From contig OZ224045.1 in the NCBI GenBank assembly GCA_963665325.3, positions 1,728,001 through 1,792,000 of the forward strand: a DNA stretch of 64,000 bases, in the 5' to 3' direction. Below the pieces are notes generated by a model that was not told the DNA's origin, ran no database searches, and worked only from the letters and a program-made list of their open reading frames with translations. Made by a program: the position numbers and the translations under genes. Shown piece by piece: positions 39,150 through 48,954 of this stretch (position 1 is the stretch's first letter; the number at the start of each line of letters is the position of its first letter). Source of the stretch: Alphaproteobacteria bacterium (GTDB lineage: Bacteria > Pseudomonadota > Alphaproteobacteria > Bin95).

Positions 39150-39557
39150 ATGAATGAATCGGAACGCATATACCTGCTGGAACGCCTTGAGCGCCTGGGC
39201 GCGGAGGACGATGCAGACGCGCTGCAGGCGGCGCGGGAACTCGCCGCGCGGGTTTCGGACGGCGGTCTCGACTGGGACGACCTGATCGCCCCGGAGGACC
39301 CGCCGGAAGACGATTTCGCCTCGGACGACTTCGACCTCGAAGAAGGCGGCGAAGACGAGGTGGAAGACGGTCCGCCGCTCGAGGGCGACGGCTCGGCCGA
39401 GATGCAGCTCCTGCAGAAGCTGCTGGAGCGCAAGGGCAATTCGCGCGCGTTGAAGGAGGAACTTCAGGAGATCCGCCGGGACGCGGCCAGCGAAGGGTTG
39501 TCGGATTTGGACCGCCGGTACCTCCAGGCGCTTGCGAAGCGGCTATCCGTCAGGTGA
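39150..39557 (+). CDS. Hypothetical acidic protein
   Basis: Clean ORF co-oriented after the protease; helical ends with Asp/Glu-rich linker. Confidence 0.7.
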   Translation: MNESERIYLLERLERLGAEDDADALQAARELAARVSDGGLDWDDLIAPEDPPEDDFASDDFDLEEGGEDEVEDGPPLEGDGSAEMQLLQKLLERKGNSRALKEELQEIRRDAASEGLSDLDRRYLQALAKRLSVR

Positions 39558-40265
39558 CGCCCCTGCGGGGGTAGCGGGCGCGACATCGGCGGCGGCGGGG
39601 CCGAGCTGCTTTACGAGCCCGTCGATACGGTTCCGCACCGACCCGAGCCAGGCGGCGTCGGCCCCGGAGGCGGCCTCCAGGCCGCGCCAGAGCGCCAGCG
39701 CACCCGTCTCGTCGCCCGATTGCAGGCGTTCGAGCGCCAGATAGTGCCAGGCCTTCGGGTGCCCGGCCTCCCTCCCGAGCGCCGCGCGGAAGGCGGCCTG
39801 CGCCTCCGGCGTGACGATGCCGGCCGACGCTGCGGCCCGCGCTTCGCCGTAATCCGCCAGAAGACCCGCCGGGGCGCCGTCGAGGCCGCCCTCCGCCTGC
39901 ACGGCCCGGGCGAGCGCGTTTGCGGTTTCCTCCGTCCGCCCGAGGCCGCGCCAGGCCGCAGCCAGCACCCGCCAGCCGCGCGCGTCGTCAGGCGCCGTTT
40001 CGAGACGCGCTTCGAGATCGCTGGTTAGACGGAGCAGCTCGGCATGCTGCCTGGTTTCCACATCCCGCGCGCTGAGGGGCATGCCCGGCAGGCCAGGCTG
40101 GCCGATCCAGACATAGAGCGCGAATGCAAGGACGGCCGGCGCAGCGGCAAGCGCCGCGGCCGGCAGGGCGCCCATGCCCGCCCGCGCCAGCGGCCGCAGC
40201 ACCAGCAGGGCCGCCCCTGCCGCCAGCGCGCCGACCGCTGCCCAAAGCCAGATTTCGCCGCTCAC
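39543..40265 (-). CDS. ccmI: Cytochrome c biogenesis TPR protein CcmI/CycH
   Basis: TM helices, LYVWIGQPGLP, TPR PDDARGWRVLA...A. Confidence 0.85.
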   Translation of the reverse strand: MSGEIWLWAAVGALAAGAALLVLRPLARAGMGALPAAALAAAPAVLAFALYVWIGQPGLPGMPLSARDVETRQHAELLRLTSDLEARLETAPDDARGWRVLAAAWRGLGRTEETANALARAVQAEGGLDGAPAGLLADYGEARAAASAGIVTPEAQAAFRAALGREAGHPKAWHYLALERLQSGDETGALALWRGLEAASGADAAWLGSVRNRIDGLVKQLGPAAADVAPATPAGASPDG

Positions 40266-40657
40266 TCCCGCCGCCTGAAATAGCGCAGCGCCAGCAGCGC
40301 CGCGATGGCGGCAAAGCCGGCCGGCGCGAACCAGAGCACCCAGGTTGCCGGCTTCAGCGGCGGCTCCAGCAGCACATAGTCGCCGTATCGGTGCGTCAGA
40401 TAGGCGAGCGCCTCCTCGTCGCTGTCGCCGGCCAGCAGCCTTGCGCGCAGCGACCGGCGCAGGTCCCTGGCGAGGTCGGCGCCCGAATCGTCTATCGACT
40501 GGTTCTGGCAGACCACGCAGCGTAGTGTCTTGGCGAGCGTGCGGGCGCGCGCCTCCAGGGCCGGGTCCGCGAGCATTTCGCTGGCGTCGAGGGCCGCCAT
40601 GGCCGGTGCGGATGCCAGCGTCAGCAGGAACGCCAGCATTGCCGCTGCCCGCGTCAC
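40262..40657 (-). CDS. ccmH: Cytochrome c biogenesis protein CcmH/CycL
   Basis: LRCVVCQNQSIDDS, RYGDYVLLEPP. Confidence 0.93.
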   Translation of the reverse strand: MTRAAAMLAFLLTLASAPAMAALDASEMLADPALEARARTLAKTLRCVVCQNQSIDDSGADLARDLRRSLRARLLAGDSDEEALAYLTHRYGDYVLLEPPLKPATWVLWFAPAGFAAIAALLALRYFRRRE

Positions 40658-41151
40658 CGCCCGAGCGCCGGGAGCAGGTCGAGGCGCACGGCGTCGGGTG
40701 TCAGCGGACCGGTATGCTTGAAGACGACCGCGCCCTCGGCGTCGAGCACGAAGGTCTCCGGCACGCCCGTCACGCCCCACTCGACGCCGGCCCGGCCGTC
40801 CTCGTCGAAACCGATCCGGCGGTAGGGATTGCCGAGTTCGGCGAGGAAGGCGTTCGCGGCCTCGGGCTTGTCCTTGTAGGCGACGCCATAGATGACGACG
40901 CCTTCCTCCTCCGCCAGCTGGGTCAGCAGCGGATGCTCCGCGCGGCAGGGCACGCACCAGGACGCGAAGATGTTGAGCAGCGCCGGGCCCTCGAGATCGG
41001 CGGTCGCGAGGCCATCGACGGCGAAAACCGGCGCCGGGCGCCCGACCAGAGGGGAGGGAACGCGGGAAGGGTCGCCGCCGAGGCCTACATACAGATAGGC
41101 GCCGAGCGCGGCGAACACCGCCAGTGGCAACAGGAACAGCAGGCGTCGCAT
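40654..41151 (-). CDS. ccmG: Thiol:disulfide interchange protein CcmG/DsbE
   Basis: PSPLVGRPAP, FASWCVPCRAEHP, GVTGVPETF. Confidence 0.93.
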   Translation of the reverse strand: MRRLLFLLPLAVFAALGAYLYVGLGGDPSRVPSPLVGRPAPVFAVDGLATADLEGPALLNIFASWCVPCRAEHPLLTQLAEEEGVVIYGVAYKDKPEAANAFLAELGNPYRRIGFDEDGRAGVEWGVTGVPETFVLDAEGAVVFKHTGPLTPDAVRLDLLPALGR

Positions 41152-43118
41152 CAGGCCGCTGCCGGTTGTCGCCGCCGGCGCGCCGCCGGCGCGGCCAGCC
41201 GCAGGCGGCGGTCGCTCAGCGAAATCAGGGCGCCGAAGGCCATGACGATCGCGCCGATCCAGATCCACGGCACCAGCGGGTTGTGGTAGAGGCGCACCGT
41301 GCGGCCCGCCTGCGCATCTTCCTCGCCGATCACCGCATAGAGGTCGGCAAAGAGGGTGGTGCGGATCGCGGCTTCGGTCGTGTGCTGGCGCTCGACGGGA
41401 TAGAAGCGCCGCTCGGGGGTGAGCACGGCCGCCGGTGCGCCGTCCCGCAGCACCGAGAGCATCGCCCGTTCGGCCCGATAGTTCGGCCCTTGGACCTCGG
41501 AGACGCCGTCGAAGCGGATTGCGTAGCCGGCGATCCGGGCCTTGTCGCCGGGCTTCATGGCGAGGATGAGTTCGGACTGGAAGCACTGCGACGCGGTAAT
41601 GCCGGCGACGACGATGGCGACGCCCAGATGCGCAAGGCCGCCGCCCCAGGCGGCGCGCGGCATGGAACGCGCGCGCCGCCAAGCCTCCCCTGCGGGCGCA
41701 CGGCCGAGGCGCAGGCGTTCCGACCACTCGACGAGCGCGCCCAGGCCGATCCAGGCAGCGGCGCCCAGCCCGAGCGCGGCGAGCGTCTCTCCGTAGGCGA
41801 GCGTTGCGCCTGCGGCGAGGGCGGCCCCCAGGGCCGCCAGCCAGAGCCGCCCCAGCGCGCCGGCAAGGTCGCCGCGCTTCCAGGCGAGCATCGGTCCGAT
41901 CGCCATTGCGACCAGCGCCGGGGCGATCAGCGGCACGAAGGTTGCGGCGAAATAGGGAGGCCCGACCGAGACCTTGCCCGCATCGAAGGCGTCTAGAAAC
42001 AGGGGGTAGAGCGTTCCGAGCAGCACCGTTGCGCAGGCGGTGACCAGCACGAGATTGTTCAGCAGCAGCGCGCCTTCCCGCGAGATAGGACGGAACGGAA
42101 CGCCCGTGCCGAGCGCCGGCGCCCGCCAGGCGTAGAGGGCGAGCGCACCACCCGTGGCGATGCCCAGCAGCAGGAGGATGAAGACGCCGCGCTCGGGATC
42201 GGTCGCGAAAGCATGCACCGATGTCAGCACGCCCGAGCGGACCAGGAAGGTGCCGAGCAGGCTCAGCGAAAAGGCGACGATGGCAAGCAGCACGGTCCAG
42301 GATCTGAGCGCCTGGCGCCGCTCGGCCGCGATTGCCGAATGCAGAAGCGCCGTCGCTGCCAGCCAGGGCATGAAGGAGGCGTTTTCCACCGGGTCCCAGA
42401 ACCAGAACCCGCCCCAGCCGAGCTCGTAATAGGCCCACCAGCTTCCAAGCGCGATGCCTGCGGTCAGGCCCGCCCAGGCCGCCAGCGTCCAGGGGCGCAC
42501 CCAGCGCGCCCAGGCCCGGTCCACCCGGCCTTCCAGCAGGGCCGCGACGGCGAAGGAGAACGCCACCGACAGCCCGACATAGCCGAAATAGAGAAGCGGC
42601 GGATGGAAAGCGAGGCCGGGGTCCTGCAGGAGCGGGTTCAGGCCCGCGCCGTCCAGCGGCGGCGGCCAGACGCGCGCGAATGGGTTGGAGGTGAGCAGCG
42701 TGAAAGCCAGGAAGCCCGAACCGATCATCGCCTGGACGGCCAGCACGCGGGCCTGGAGGGTCTTGCGCAGGCCGCTGCCGAACACGGCGACCATTGCGCC
42801 GAACAGCGTCAGGATCAGAATCCAGAGCAGCAGAGATCCTTCGTGGTTTCCCCACACCCCGGTCAGGCGATAGAGCAGCGGCTTGAGCGAATGGGAGTTC
42901 TGCGCCACCGCCGAGACCGAGAAGTCCGAGAAGACATACGCCCTGGTGAGCGCGCCGAACGCGATAGCGGCGAGGAGGAATTGCCCGAGCGCCGTATGCC
43001 TGGCGAGCTCCATCAGCGCCGGCCTGCCCCTGGCGGCCCCGTAAAGCGGCAGTACCGCCTGCAACAGGGCCAGGCCCAGCGCAAGCGCGAGCGCGAAATT
43101 GCCAAGTTCCGCGGTCAC
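41151..43118 (-). CDS. ccmF: Heme lyase CcmF
   Basis: WGNHEGS, FHPP, WAYYELGWGGFWFWDPVENAS, SVHAFA. Confidence 0.97.
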   Translation of the reverse strand: MTAELGNFALALALGLALLQAVLPLYGAARGRPALMELARHTALGQFLLAAIAFGALTRAYVFSDFSVSAVAQNSHSLKPLLYRLTGVWGNHEGSLLLWILILTLFGAMVAVFGSGLRKTLQARVLAVQAMIGSGFLAFTLLTSNPFARVWPPPLDGAGLNPLLQDPGLAFHPPLLYFGYVGLSVAFSFAVAALLEGRVDRAWARWVRPWTLAAWAGLTAGIALGSWWAYYELGWGGFWFWDPVENASFMPWLAATALLHSAIAAERRQALRSWTVLLAIVAFSLSLLGTFLVRSGVLTSVHAFATDPERGVFILLLLGIATGGALALYAWRAPALGTGVPFRPISREGALLLNNLVLVTACATVLLGTLYPLFLDAFDAGKVSVGPPYFAATFVPLIAPALVAMAIGPMLAWKRGDLAGALGRLWLAALGAALAAGATLAYGETLAALGLGAAAWIGLGALVEWSERLRLGRAPAGEAWRRARSMPRAAWGGGLAHLGVAIVVAGITASQCFQSELILAMKPGDKARIAGYAIRFDGVSEVQGPNYRAERAMLSVLRDGAPAAVLTPERRFYPVERQHTTEAAIRTTLFADLYAVIGEEDAQAGRTVRLYHNPLVPWIWIGAIVMAFGALISLSDRRLRLAAPAARRRRQPAAA

Positions 43119-43546
43119 GACCCGTCCGCCTTCCCTGCGCGGCGCAGCGCCTCCGCAGCTTCTGGCGGCATGTAGTTCTCGTCGTGCTTGGCGAGGATTT
43201 GCGTTGCCCGGAAGGCTCGGCCACCGTCCAGGGCACCCATCGCCACGATGCCCTGTCCCTCCCGAAACAGGTCCGGCAGCAGCCCGGTATAGTGGACGGT
43301 GACACCGTGCGCGCCGTCCACGACCCGGAAGCTGACGGATGTGCCGGACCGTTTTAGCGACCCCTCTTCCACCAGCCCTCCGAGGCGGAACTCGCGGCCG
43401 GACGCGACCGCCCCGGCCGCAATCTCACTCGGTGAGTGGAAGAAACGCATCGTGTCGTCGAGCGCTGTCAGGGCCAGCGCCGCGGCCCCTCCCAGAAGTG
43501 CGAGTGCTGCGGCCAGCAGGGCAAGGCGCCGACGCTTAGGACGCAT
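43115..43546 (-). CDS. ccmE: Heme chaperone CcmE
   Basis: RLGGLV, LPDLFREGQG, LAKHDENYMP. Confidence 0.95.
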   Translation of the reverse strand: MRPKRRRLALLAAALALLGGAAALALTALDDTMRFFHSPSEIAAGAVASGREFRLGGLVEEGSLKRSGTSVSFRVVDGAHGVTVHYTGLLPDLFREGQGIVAMGALDGGRAFRATQILAKHDENYMPPEAAEALRRAGKADGS

Positions 43547-43718
43547 CGCCCGGGCCTTCATCGGAAGCTTCCAGCGCCGCCAGCCGCCGCTCGACCCGGC
43601 GCAGCCTGGAAAGACTCTCGGCGAGCAGGCCCCCAAGCACGGCGGCGGCCGCGCCGTAGGCCGGCCAGACATAGGCGGCATAGCCACCCATGTTGAGAAA
43701 ATCGCTGAGCCCGCCCAT
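43536..43718 (-). CDS. ccmD: Heme exporter protein CcmD
   Basis: FLNMGGYAAYVWPAY, single TM, basic tail. Confidence 0.9.
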   Translation of the reverse strand: MGGLSDFLNMGGYAAYVWPAYGAAAAVLGGLLAESLSRLRRVERRLAALEASDEGPGDAS

Positions 43719-43795
43719 CGCCGCCGCTGGATAGCACGGCCGGGCGGGCCGTCAAGGCGGGAGGGCGGAAAGCCGGGCGTCCCGACGCGGAATCG

Positions 43796-45472
43796 TCACG
43801 AGGCCAGCAGCCGCGCGGCCAGGCTCCGGGCTTCGTCGAGCTCGCCCACGATCCGGTCTTCCGCAACGTGCCGCAACACATCGAAGGCGTTAAGGATGGA
43901 CTTCAGGTCGTCCGACATGCCGAGCACGATGATTTCCGTCTTCTCCTTGATGGCCCGGTCGAGCAGCAGTGCAATCACATGCGCGGCAGTGTCGTCGATA
44001 TAAGTCATGTGCGAGAAGTCGAAGATCACGATTTCATGCTCGCGAATATCGGCGCCGACCATCCGGACCAGCTTGCGGGAAGAGGCCACCGTGAATGCAC
44101 CCCGGAAGGCCAGCAGCCCGACGCGGGCGTCGTAGCGGCCGGCATCGCCTTCATCGGTGTCCGCGGCGAGGAAGGTCCGGTCGAGGAGCGGTACCGAAAT
44201 CACGCTGTCCAACTCCAGCTTCTCGAGCCGCACGGCGTGGGCGATGCCTGCGGCCACGAGCCCGAACGCTACCGCCGTCAGGGGAGCGACGAACGCTGTC
44301 AGCGCGAGCGTCAGCAGCATCACGGCCGCATATCCTCGCTGCATCTGCCTCAGGTGTCGGAGAAACCGCCAGTCGATCAGGCTCAAGCCCACTTTGATGA
44401 GTATGGCGGCCAGCGCGGCGAGCGGAATCGGTTCGGCGTAGCTGCCGAGACCCATGAGCAGCGCAAACAGGCATACGGCGCGGACAATACCGGCGACGAC
44501 CGTGCGGCCGCCGAACTGCAGGTTGATGAGTGTGCCCGGATTGGCGGCGCCGGGCATGGCGCCGAATATGCCTGCCGCCATGGTGCCGATGCCCTGGCCG
44601 ACCAGCTCCCGGTTGGGATTGTGCTGCCCGCCTGTGATGGAATCGGCCATCAGCGACATCATCAAGCTGTAGATCGAACCGATCAGGGCGATCAGGAGGG
44701 CCGGTTCGACCGCGGTGAGCAGGAAATCGAGCGAGGGCAGCACCAGGTTCGGGACCGGCAATCCGGTCGGCAACGGGCCGATCACCGCGACCCCGTCCAG
44801 CCAGAAGGCGCCAAGGGCCGTCCCGGCAATCAGCGCCGCGATCGGCGCCGGCAGCCATTTCTCCAGGGATCGCGGCCAGAAGATCAGGATCGCCATGGCG
44901 ACTGTTGCAACGACGGCGCTGTCGGTATCCGCCTGGAGAATGGCGGCGGGCAGCGCCCCGATCGTTGCGACCGCGCCGCGCGCGGCTATGTCCGTGCCGA
45001 GCACCGTCTGGACCTGGGACAGGATCAGGATGACGCCGATTCCCGAAATGAAGCCGGACAGCACCACATAAGGAATATACGCAACGAAGCGCCCGACCCT
45101 GAACAGGCCGAATAAAATCTGAAACGCCCCGGCCATCGCGGCGATGATGCCGATTTCGGGCAGGGTTGCGCCGCCTGAGGCGAGAATAACCGAAACGATG
45201 ACGGCAATTGCAGCACTCGGGCCGCTTGACTGGGCCCTCGTGCCGCCGAACAAGGCCGCGAAGAAGCCGACAATGACGACGCAGTAGAGTCCCGCGAGCG
45301 GCCCCATGCCTGACGCGATTCCGAGCGCCATGCCGCCGGTCAGCCCGGTGGCAAGCATCATCACGCCGCTCCGGGCGTCGGCCCCGAATATTTTCCAGCT
45401 GTAAGGTTCGCTGCTCGGGTCCGTCCAATGCCAGGCTCGCAGCAGCGGACCCGCCAGCGATCTCCCTATCAT
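43796..45472 (-). CDS. SulP/SLC26-family anion transporter with STAS domain
   Basis: GMGPLAGLY, FGGT...SGP, GFISGIG, NRELVGQG, STAS IVIFDFSHMTYIDDTA; start approximate. Confidence 0.9.
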   Translation of the reverse strand: MIGRSLAGPLLRAWHWTDPSSEPYSWKIFGADARSGVMMLATGLTGGMALGIASGMGPLAGLYCVVIVGFFAALFGGTRAQSSGPSAAIAVIVSVILASGGATLPEIGIIAAMAGAFQILFGLFRVGRFVAYIPYVVLSGFISGIGVILILSQVQTVLGTDIAARGAVATIGALPAAILQADTDSAVVATVAMAILIFWPRSLEKWLPAPIAALIAGTALGAFWLDGVAVIGPLPTGLPVPNLVLPSLDFLLTAVEPALLIALIGSIYSLMMSLMADSITGGQHNPNRELVGQGIGTMAAGIFGAMPGAANPGTLINLQFGGRTVVAGIVRAVCLFALLMGLGSYAEPIPLAALAAILIKVGLSLIDWRFLRHLRQMQRGYAAVMLLTLALTAFVAPLTAVAFGLVAAGIAHAVRLEKLELDSVISVPLLDRTFLAADTDEGDAGRYDARVGLLAFRGAFTVASSRKLVRMVGADIREHEIVIFDFSHMTYIDDTAAHVIALLLDRAIKEKTEIIVLGMSDDLKSILNAFDVLRHVAEDRIVGELDEARSLAARLLAS

Positions 45473-45667
45473 CGCGACTTCCGATACCGGGTTCCGGAAA
45501 TCATTATCGCCGGAGCCGGCCGGATCGCAAAATAACCGGGGGCCGGGAGGGTTGCATTCGGATTGCCGTGGGCTGCTTCCCTCCAGCGACTGCCCCCGGT
45601 CGCAGCGCAGCCGCACGAATCCCGCCGACAGCGCCGCCCTTCGGGTCGCGCTCAGGCGTCCGCCCTC

Positions 45668-45810
45668 GGCGGCGCTAACGCCGCCATCTGTATGATTTGC
45701 CGCGTTGCGCGCGGCGGCGTAAACGCCGCCATCTGTATGATTTGCCGCGTTGCGCGCGGCGGCGTAAACGCCGCCATCCAAACAAACTGCCGCGTTGCGC
45801 GCGGCGTCGC
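45668..45810. repeat. 45-bp tandem array (3 units + partial), each with an 18-bp hairpin
   Basis: GGCGGCGT-AA-ACGCCGCC stems start at 45668, 45713, 45758 (partial 45803); period exactly 45. Confidence 0.9.
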
Positions 45811-45910
45811 GGGCCTCAACCGTAGGCTGTGCTACGCTTTTCGGCCTAACTCCTTGCGGAGCGAGCGCCTGGACAGCGATGCAGGCCGTGACCCTGGTGA
45901 GAAATGCGGG

Positions 45911-46183
45911 TTAGTTCACGGCGTCCTTGAGACGGTTGCCGGCCTTGAAGAGAGGTGTCTTCGAGAGGCCCACGGGAACGGGCTCGCCCGTACTCGGATT
46001 GCGTCCTATATGCGCCGGCCGCGTCCTTACGGAAAACCGACCGAAGCCCGATATGCGCACGACTTCACCGCGGGACAGCGCGTCTCCGATGGTCGCCAGC
46101 ATAGCATTGACCGCATTTTCTGCCGCGGCCTTGTTCAGTCCCGTCCTGTCGGCGACCCGGTTGACCAGATCTGATTTCTTCAT
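45911..46183 (-). CDS. HU-family DNA-binding protein
   Basis: MKKSDLVNRVA, GFGRFSV, GRNPSTGE, FKAGNRLKDAVN. Confidence 0.93.
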   Translation of the reverse strand: MKKSDLVNRVADRTGLNKAAAENAVNAMLATIGDALSRGEVVRISGFGRFSVRTRPAHIGRNPSTGEPVPVGLSKTPLFKAGNRLKDAVN

Positions 46184-46455
46184 GCGTTAAAACCCCGCCG
46201 TAATCGTGACGACCAACGAACCGGTACCGACGGTGTCGATACTCCGGCATCGCCGGGCCTGCGGTTGCCCGTCTCACCGCAAGCAATTTTCCCTAACGGC
46301 GTCAGGCCAAAAAATGAAATGCCGATTCCGACAACTTAGATGCAGATCGTGCATACCGCGGGCAATCCTTGCGAGCGACGATGCCCTCGGTCATGTCGAT
46401 GAACCTGTCGCGCACGACGTAATTCTGCGAAGGGCAAGGGGGACGCCCTCGATCC

Positions 46456-48867
46456 TCAGATGCCGCGCATCCTGCGGCTTCCCGGATCGTAGAGGGGCCT
46501 GAGCGACGCCTCGGCGGGGACGATGGCGCCGGCGACGTTTATGGCGAATGCGCCGGCCTCGAAGGCGTCCGCCGGGACATAGCCGAGGCCCACCGCCCCG
46601 CCCAGCGCGTGCCCGTAATTGGCGGAGGTCAGCGTTTCGACCGTGCGGCCGTCGGCCAGGATAGGCTCGTGGCCGTAGAGCAGCGGCTCGGGGTCCAGCA
46701 GGCGGAACTGCATCAGCCCGCGCGAGGGGCCGGCGTCCCGGGCGCGGAGAAAGGCGTCGCGCCCGAGGAAATCCTTGGCGTCGGGCTTCACGGCGAAGGC
46801 GAGGCCGGCATCGACCGGGTTGTCCGAGGGGGCGATGTCGTGGCCCCAGTGCCGGTAGGCCTTCTCGATGCGCAGGCTGTCGAGCGCGTGCATCCCGATG
46901 GGTGCGGCGCCCGCCTCTCGCAGTGCCGCGAACATACGCGCCGCCTCGGCCCAGGGCACATAGAGCTCCCAGCCGAGCTCGCCGACATAGCTGATGCGCG
47001 ACGCCCGGACCGGGGCGCCTGCGACCTCGATCTCCTGCGAGGTCCCGAACGGGAAGGCGTTGTCCGAAAGGTCGGCCGATGTCAGCGGCGCGAGCAGGCG
47101 GCGTGAGGCGGGGCCCATGACCGCGAACACGGCAAGGTCGTCGGTGATGTCGGCGAGCTCCACGCGCCTGTCGCGGGCCTCCATGCGGAGCCGGGCCAGG
47201 TCGCGCGCCGCCGCAGCCGCGGCCGTCACCACCATGTAGCGCGACTCGTCCAGCCGAGTGACGGTCAGGTCGGCTTCAATGCCTGCCGCCGCATTCAGCC
47301 ATTGTGTGTAGATGACGCTTCCCGGCGGGCGGCCCATGTCGTTGGCCGAGACCCATTGCAGCAGCGCCTCGGCGTCCGGCCCTTCGACCAGGATCTTGCC
47401 GAAGGAGGTGAGGTCGAAGACGCCGACAGCCTCCCGGACACGCATGTGCTCGGCGGCGCTCGCCCCGAACCAGTTCTGCCGCCCGTAGCTGTATTCGTAG
47501 GCAGGCGTCTCGCCGGGCGGAGCGAACCAGTTGGCGCGTTCCCAGCCGGCCACCTCGCCGAAGCACGCGCCGGCCTCCGCCAGCGCATCGTGCGCGGGGG
47601 AGCGCCGCTCGCCGCGCGCGGTCTCGAATTGGCGGTAGGGCCAGTGCATCGCGTAGAGCAGGCCGAGCGCCTCGCTGACACGGGCTTCCAGATAGGTCTT
47701 GCCGTTCTGGAAGGGCTGCATCCGGCGCGGATCGAAGGCCGAGAGGTCGCAGGGCGGCACGCCCGCCTCGATCCAGGCCGCCAGCCGCTGGCCGATGCCG
47801 CCGGCCGCCTGGATGCCGATGGAGTTGAAACCGGCCGCGATCCAGAAGCCCTCGACATTGCCGGCGGGACCCAGATGGAACGCCTGGTCCGGGGTGAAGC
47901 TCTCGGGCCCGTTGAAGAACAGCCGGATGCCGGTCTCGCGCAATGCCGGCACCCGGTGCAGCGCACCCTCCAGTATCGGCTCGAAATGCTCCCAGTCGTC
48001 GGGAAGCTGGTCGAAGCAGAAATCCTCCGGGATGCCGTCCATGCCCCAGGGCTTCGCCTCCGGTTCGAAGGCGCCGATCAGCAGCTTGCCGGCATCCTCC
48101 TTGTAATAGGCCGAGCTGTCCTGGTCGCGCATGACCGGAAGACCGGCTTCCACGCCCTCCATCGGCTCCGTCACGATGTAGAAATGCTCCGCCGCGTGCA
48201 ACGGCACGGGGGTCCCGGCCATCAGGCCGACCTCGCGCGCCCACATGCCGGCGCAATTCGCAACGCAGTCGGTCGCGACCGGTCCGGCTTCGGTCTCGAC
48301 GCCGGTGACGCGGCCGCCTACCGCGCGGATGCCCGTGACCTTCACATTCTCCAGCAATACGGCTCCGGCCTGCCGGGCGCCCCTGGCGAGCGCGGCGGCG
48401 GTGTCCGCCGGATTGGTCTGGCCGTCGCCGGCATAGAAGCTGCCGCCGATCAGGTCATCGACATGCATCAGCGGCCAGAGGCGCTTCAGGTCCTCGGGCG
48501 TGCAGAACTCGATCTCGGCGCCATAGGCGCGCGCGCTGGCGGCCGAGCGCTTCAGTTCCTCCCACCGCTCGGCATTGCCGGCGGTGTAGATCGAGCCCGT
48601 TTGCCGGTATCCGGTGGTCTGTCCCGTCTCGGCCTCCAGCTCTGCATAGAGCCGCGACGAATCGGTGAGGATGGCGGCGAGCGTCGGATGAGGAGCGGCA
48701 GAGCGCACCAGGCCGGCGGCATGCCAGGTGGTGCCGCAGGTGAACTGCTTGCGTTCCAGCAGCAGCACGCCGTCGCGGCCGGCCTTCGCGAGATGGTAGG
48801 CGAGGCTCAGGCCGACAATGCCGCCGCCGACGATGACGATGGATGCGTGGGAGGGGAGGGTAGCCAT
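46456..48867 (-). CDS. GcvT-family FAD-dependent oxidoreductase (sarcosine/dimethylglycine dehydrogenase-like)
   Basis: GGGIVG, GTTWHAAG, NGPESFTPD, GWERANWF, SYVGELGWE, LRIEKAY. Confidence 0.92.
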   Translation of the reverse strand: MATLPSHASIVIVGGGIVGLSLAYHLAKAGRDGVLLLERKQFTCGTTWHAAGLVRSAAPHPTLAAILTDSSRLYAELEAETGQTTGYRQTGSIYTAGNAERWEELKRSAASARAYGAEIEFCTPEDLKRLWPLMHVDDLIGGSFYAGDGQTNPADTAAALARGARQAGAVLLENVKVTGIRAVGGRVTGVETEAGPVATDCVANCAGMWAREVGLMAGTPVPLHAAEHFYIVTEPMEGVEAGLPVMRDQDSSAYYKEDAGKLLIGAFEPEAKPWGMDGIPEDFCFDQLPDDWEHFEPILEGALHRVPALRETGIRLFFNGPESFTPDQAFHLGPAGNVEGFWIAAGFNSIGIQAAGGIGQRLAAWIEAGVPPCDLSAFDPRRMQPFQNGKTYLEARVSEALGLLYAMHWPYRQFETARGERRSPAHDALAEAGACFGEVAGWERANWFAPPGETPAYEYSYGRQNWFGASAAEHMRVREAVGVFDLTSFGKILVEGPDAEALLQWVSANDMGRPPGSVIYTQWLNAAAGIEADLTVTRLDESRYMVVTAAAAAARDLARLRMEARDRRVELADITDDLAVFAVMGPASRRLLAPLTSADLSDNAFPFGTSQEIEVAGAPVRASRISYVGELGWELYVPWAEAARMFAALREAGAAPIGMHALDSLRIEKAYRHWGHDIAPSDNPVDAGLAFAVKPDAKDFLGRDAFLRARDAGPSRGLMQFRLLDPEPLLYGHEPILADGRTVETLTSANYGHALGGAVGLGYVPADAFEAGAFAINVAGAIVPAEASLRPLYDPGSRRMRGI

Positions 48868-48954
48868 GACGGGGCGAGTCTAGGCGGGAACGCTTCCCGC
48901 CGGAAGCGGAACCGTGCCAATCTGGCGCCTTTCGTATTGGAAGGGTCCCGCCCC

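Noticed and set aside
40654-43305. 883-aa ORF as a giant CcmG fusion
   Set aside because: Only the last 165 aa are CcmG; the rest is an off-frame overlap with ccmF
45668-45810. 45-bp array as a CRISPR
   Set aside because: Only three units, variable part ~10 bp and identical in two units, no cas genes or leader
47302-48954. Long N-terminal extension of the LLM ORF
   Set aside because: Antisense to the GcvT-family gene; real start at 48955
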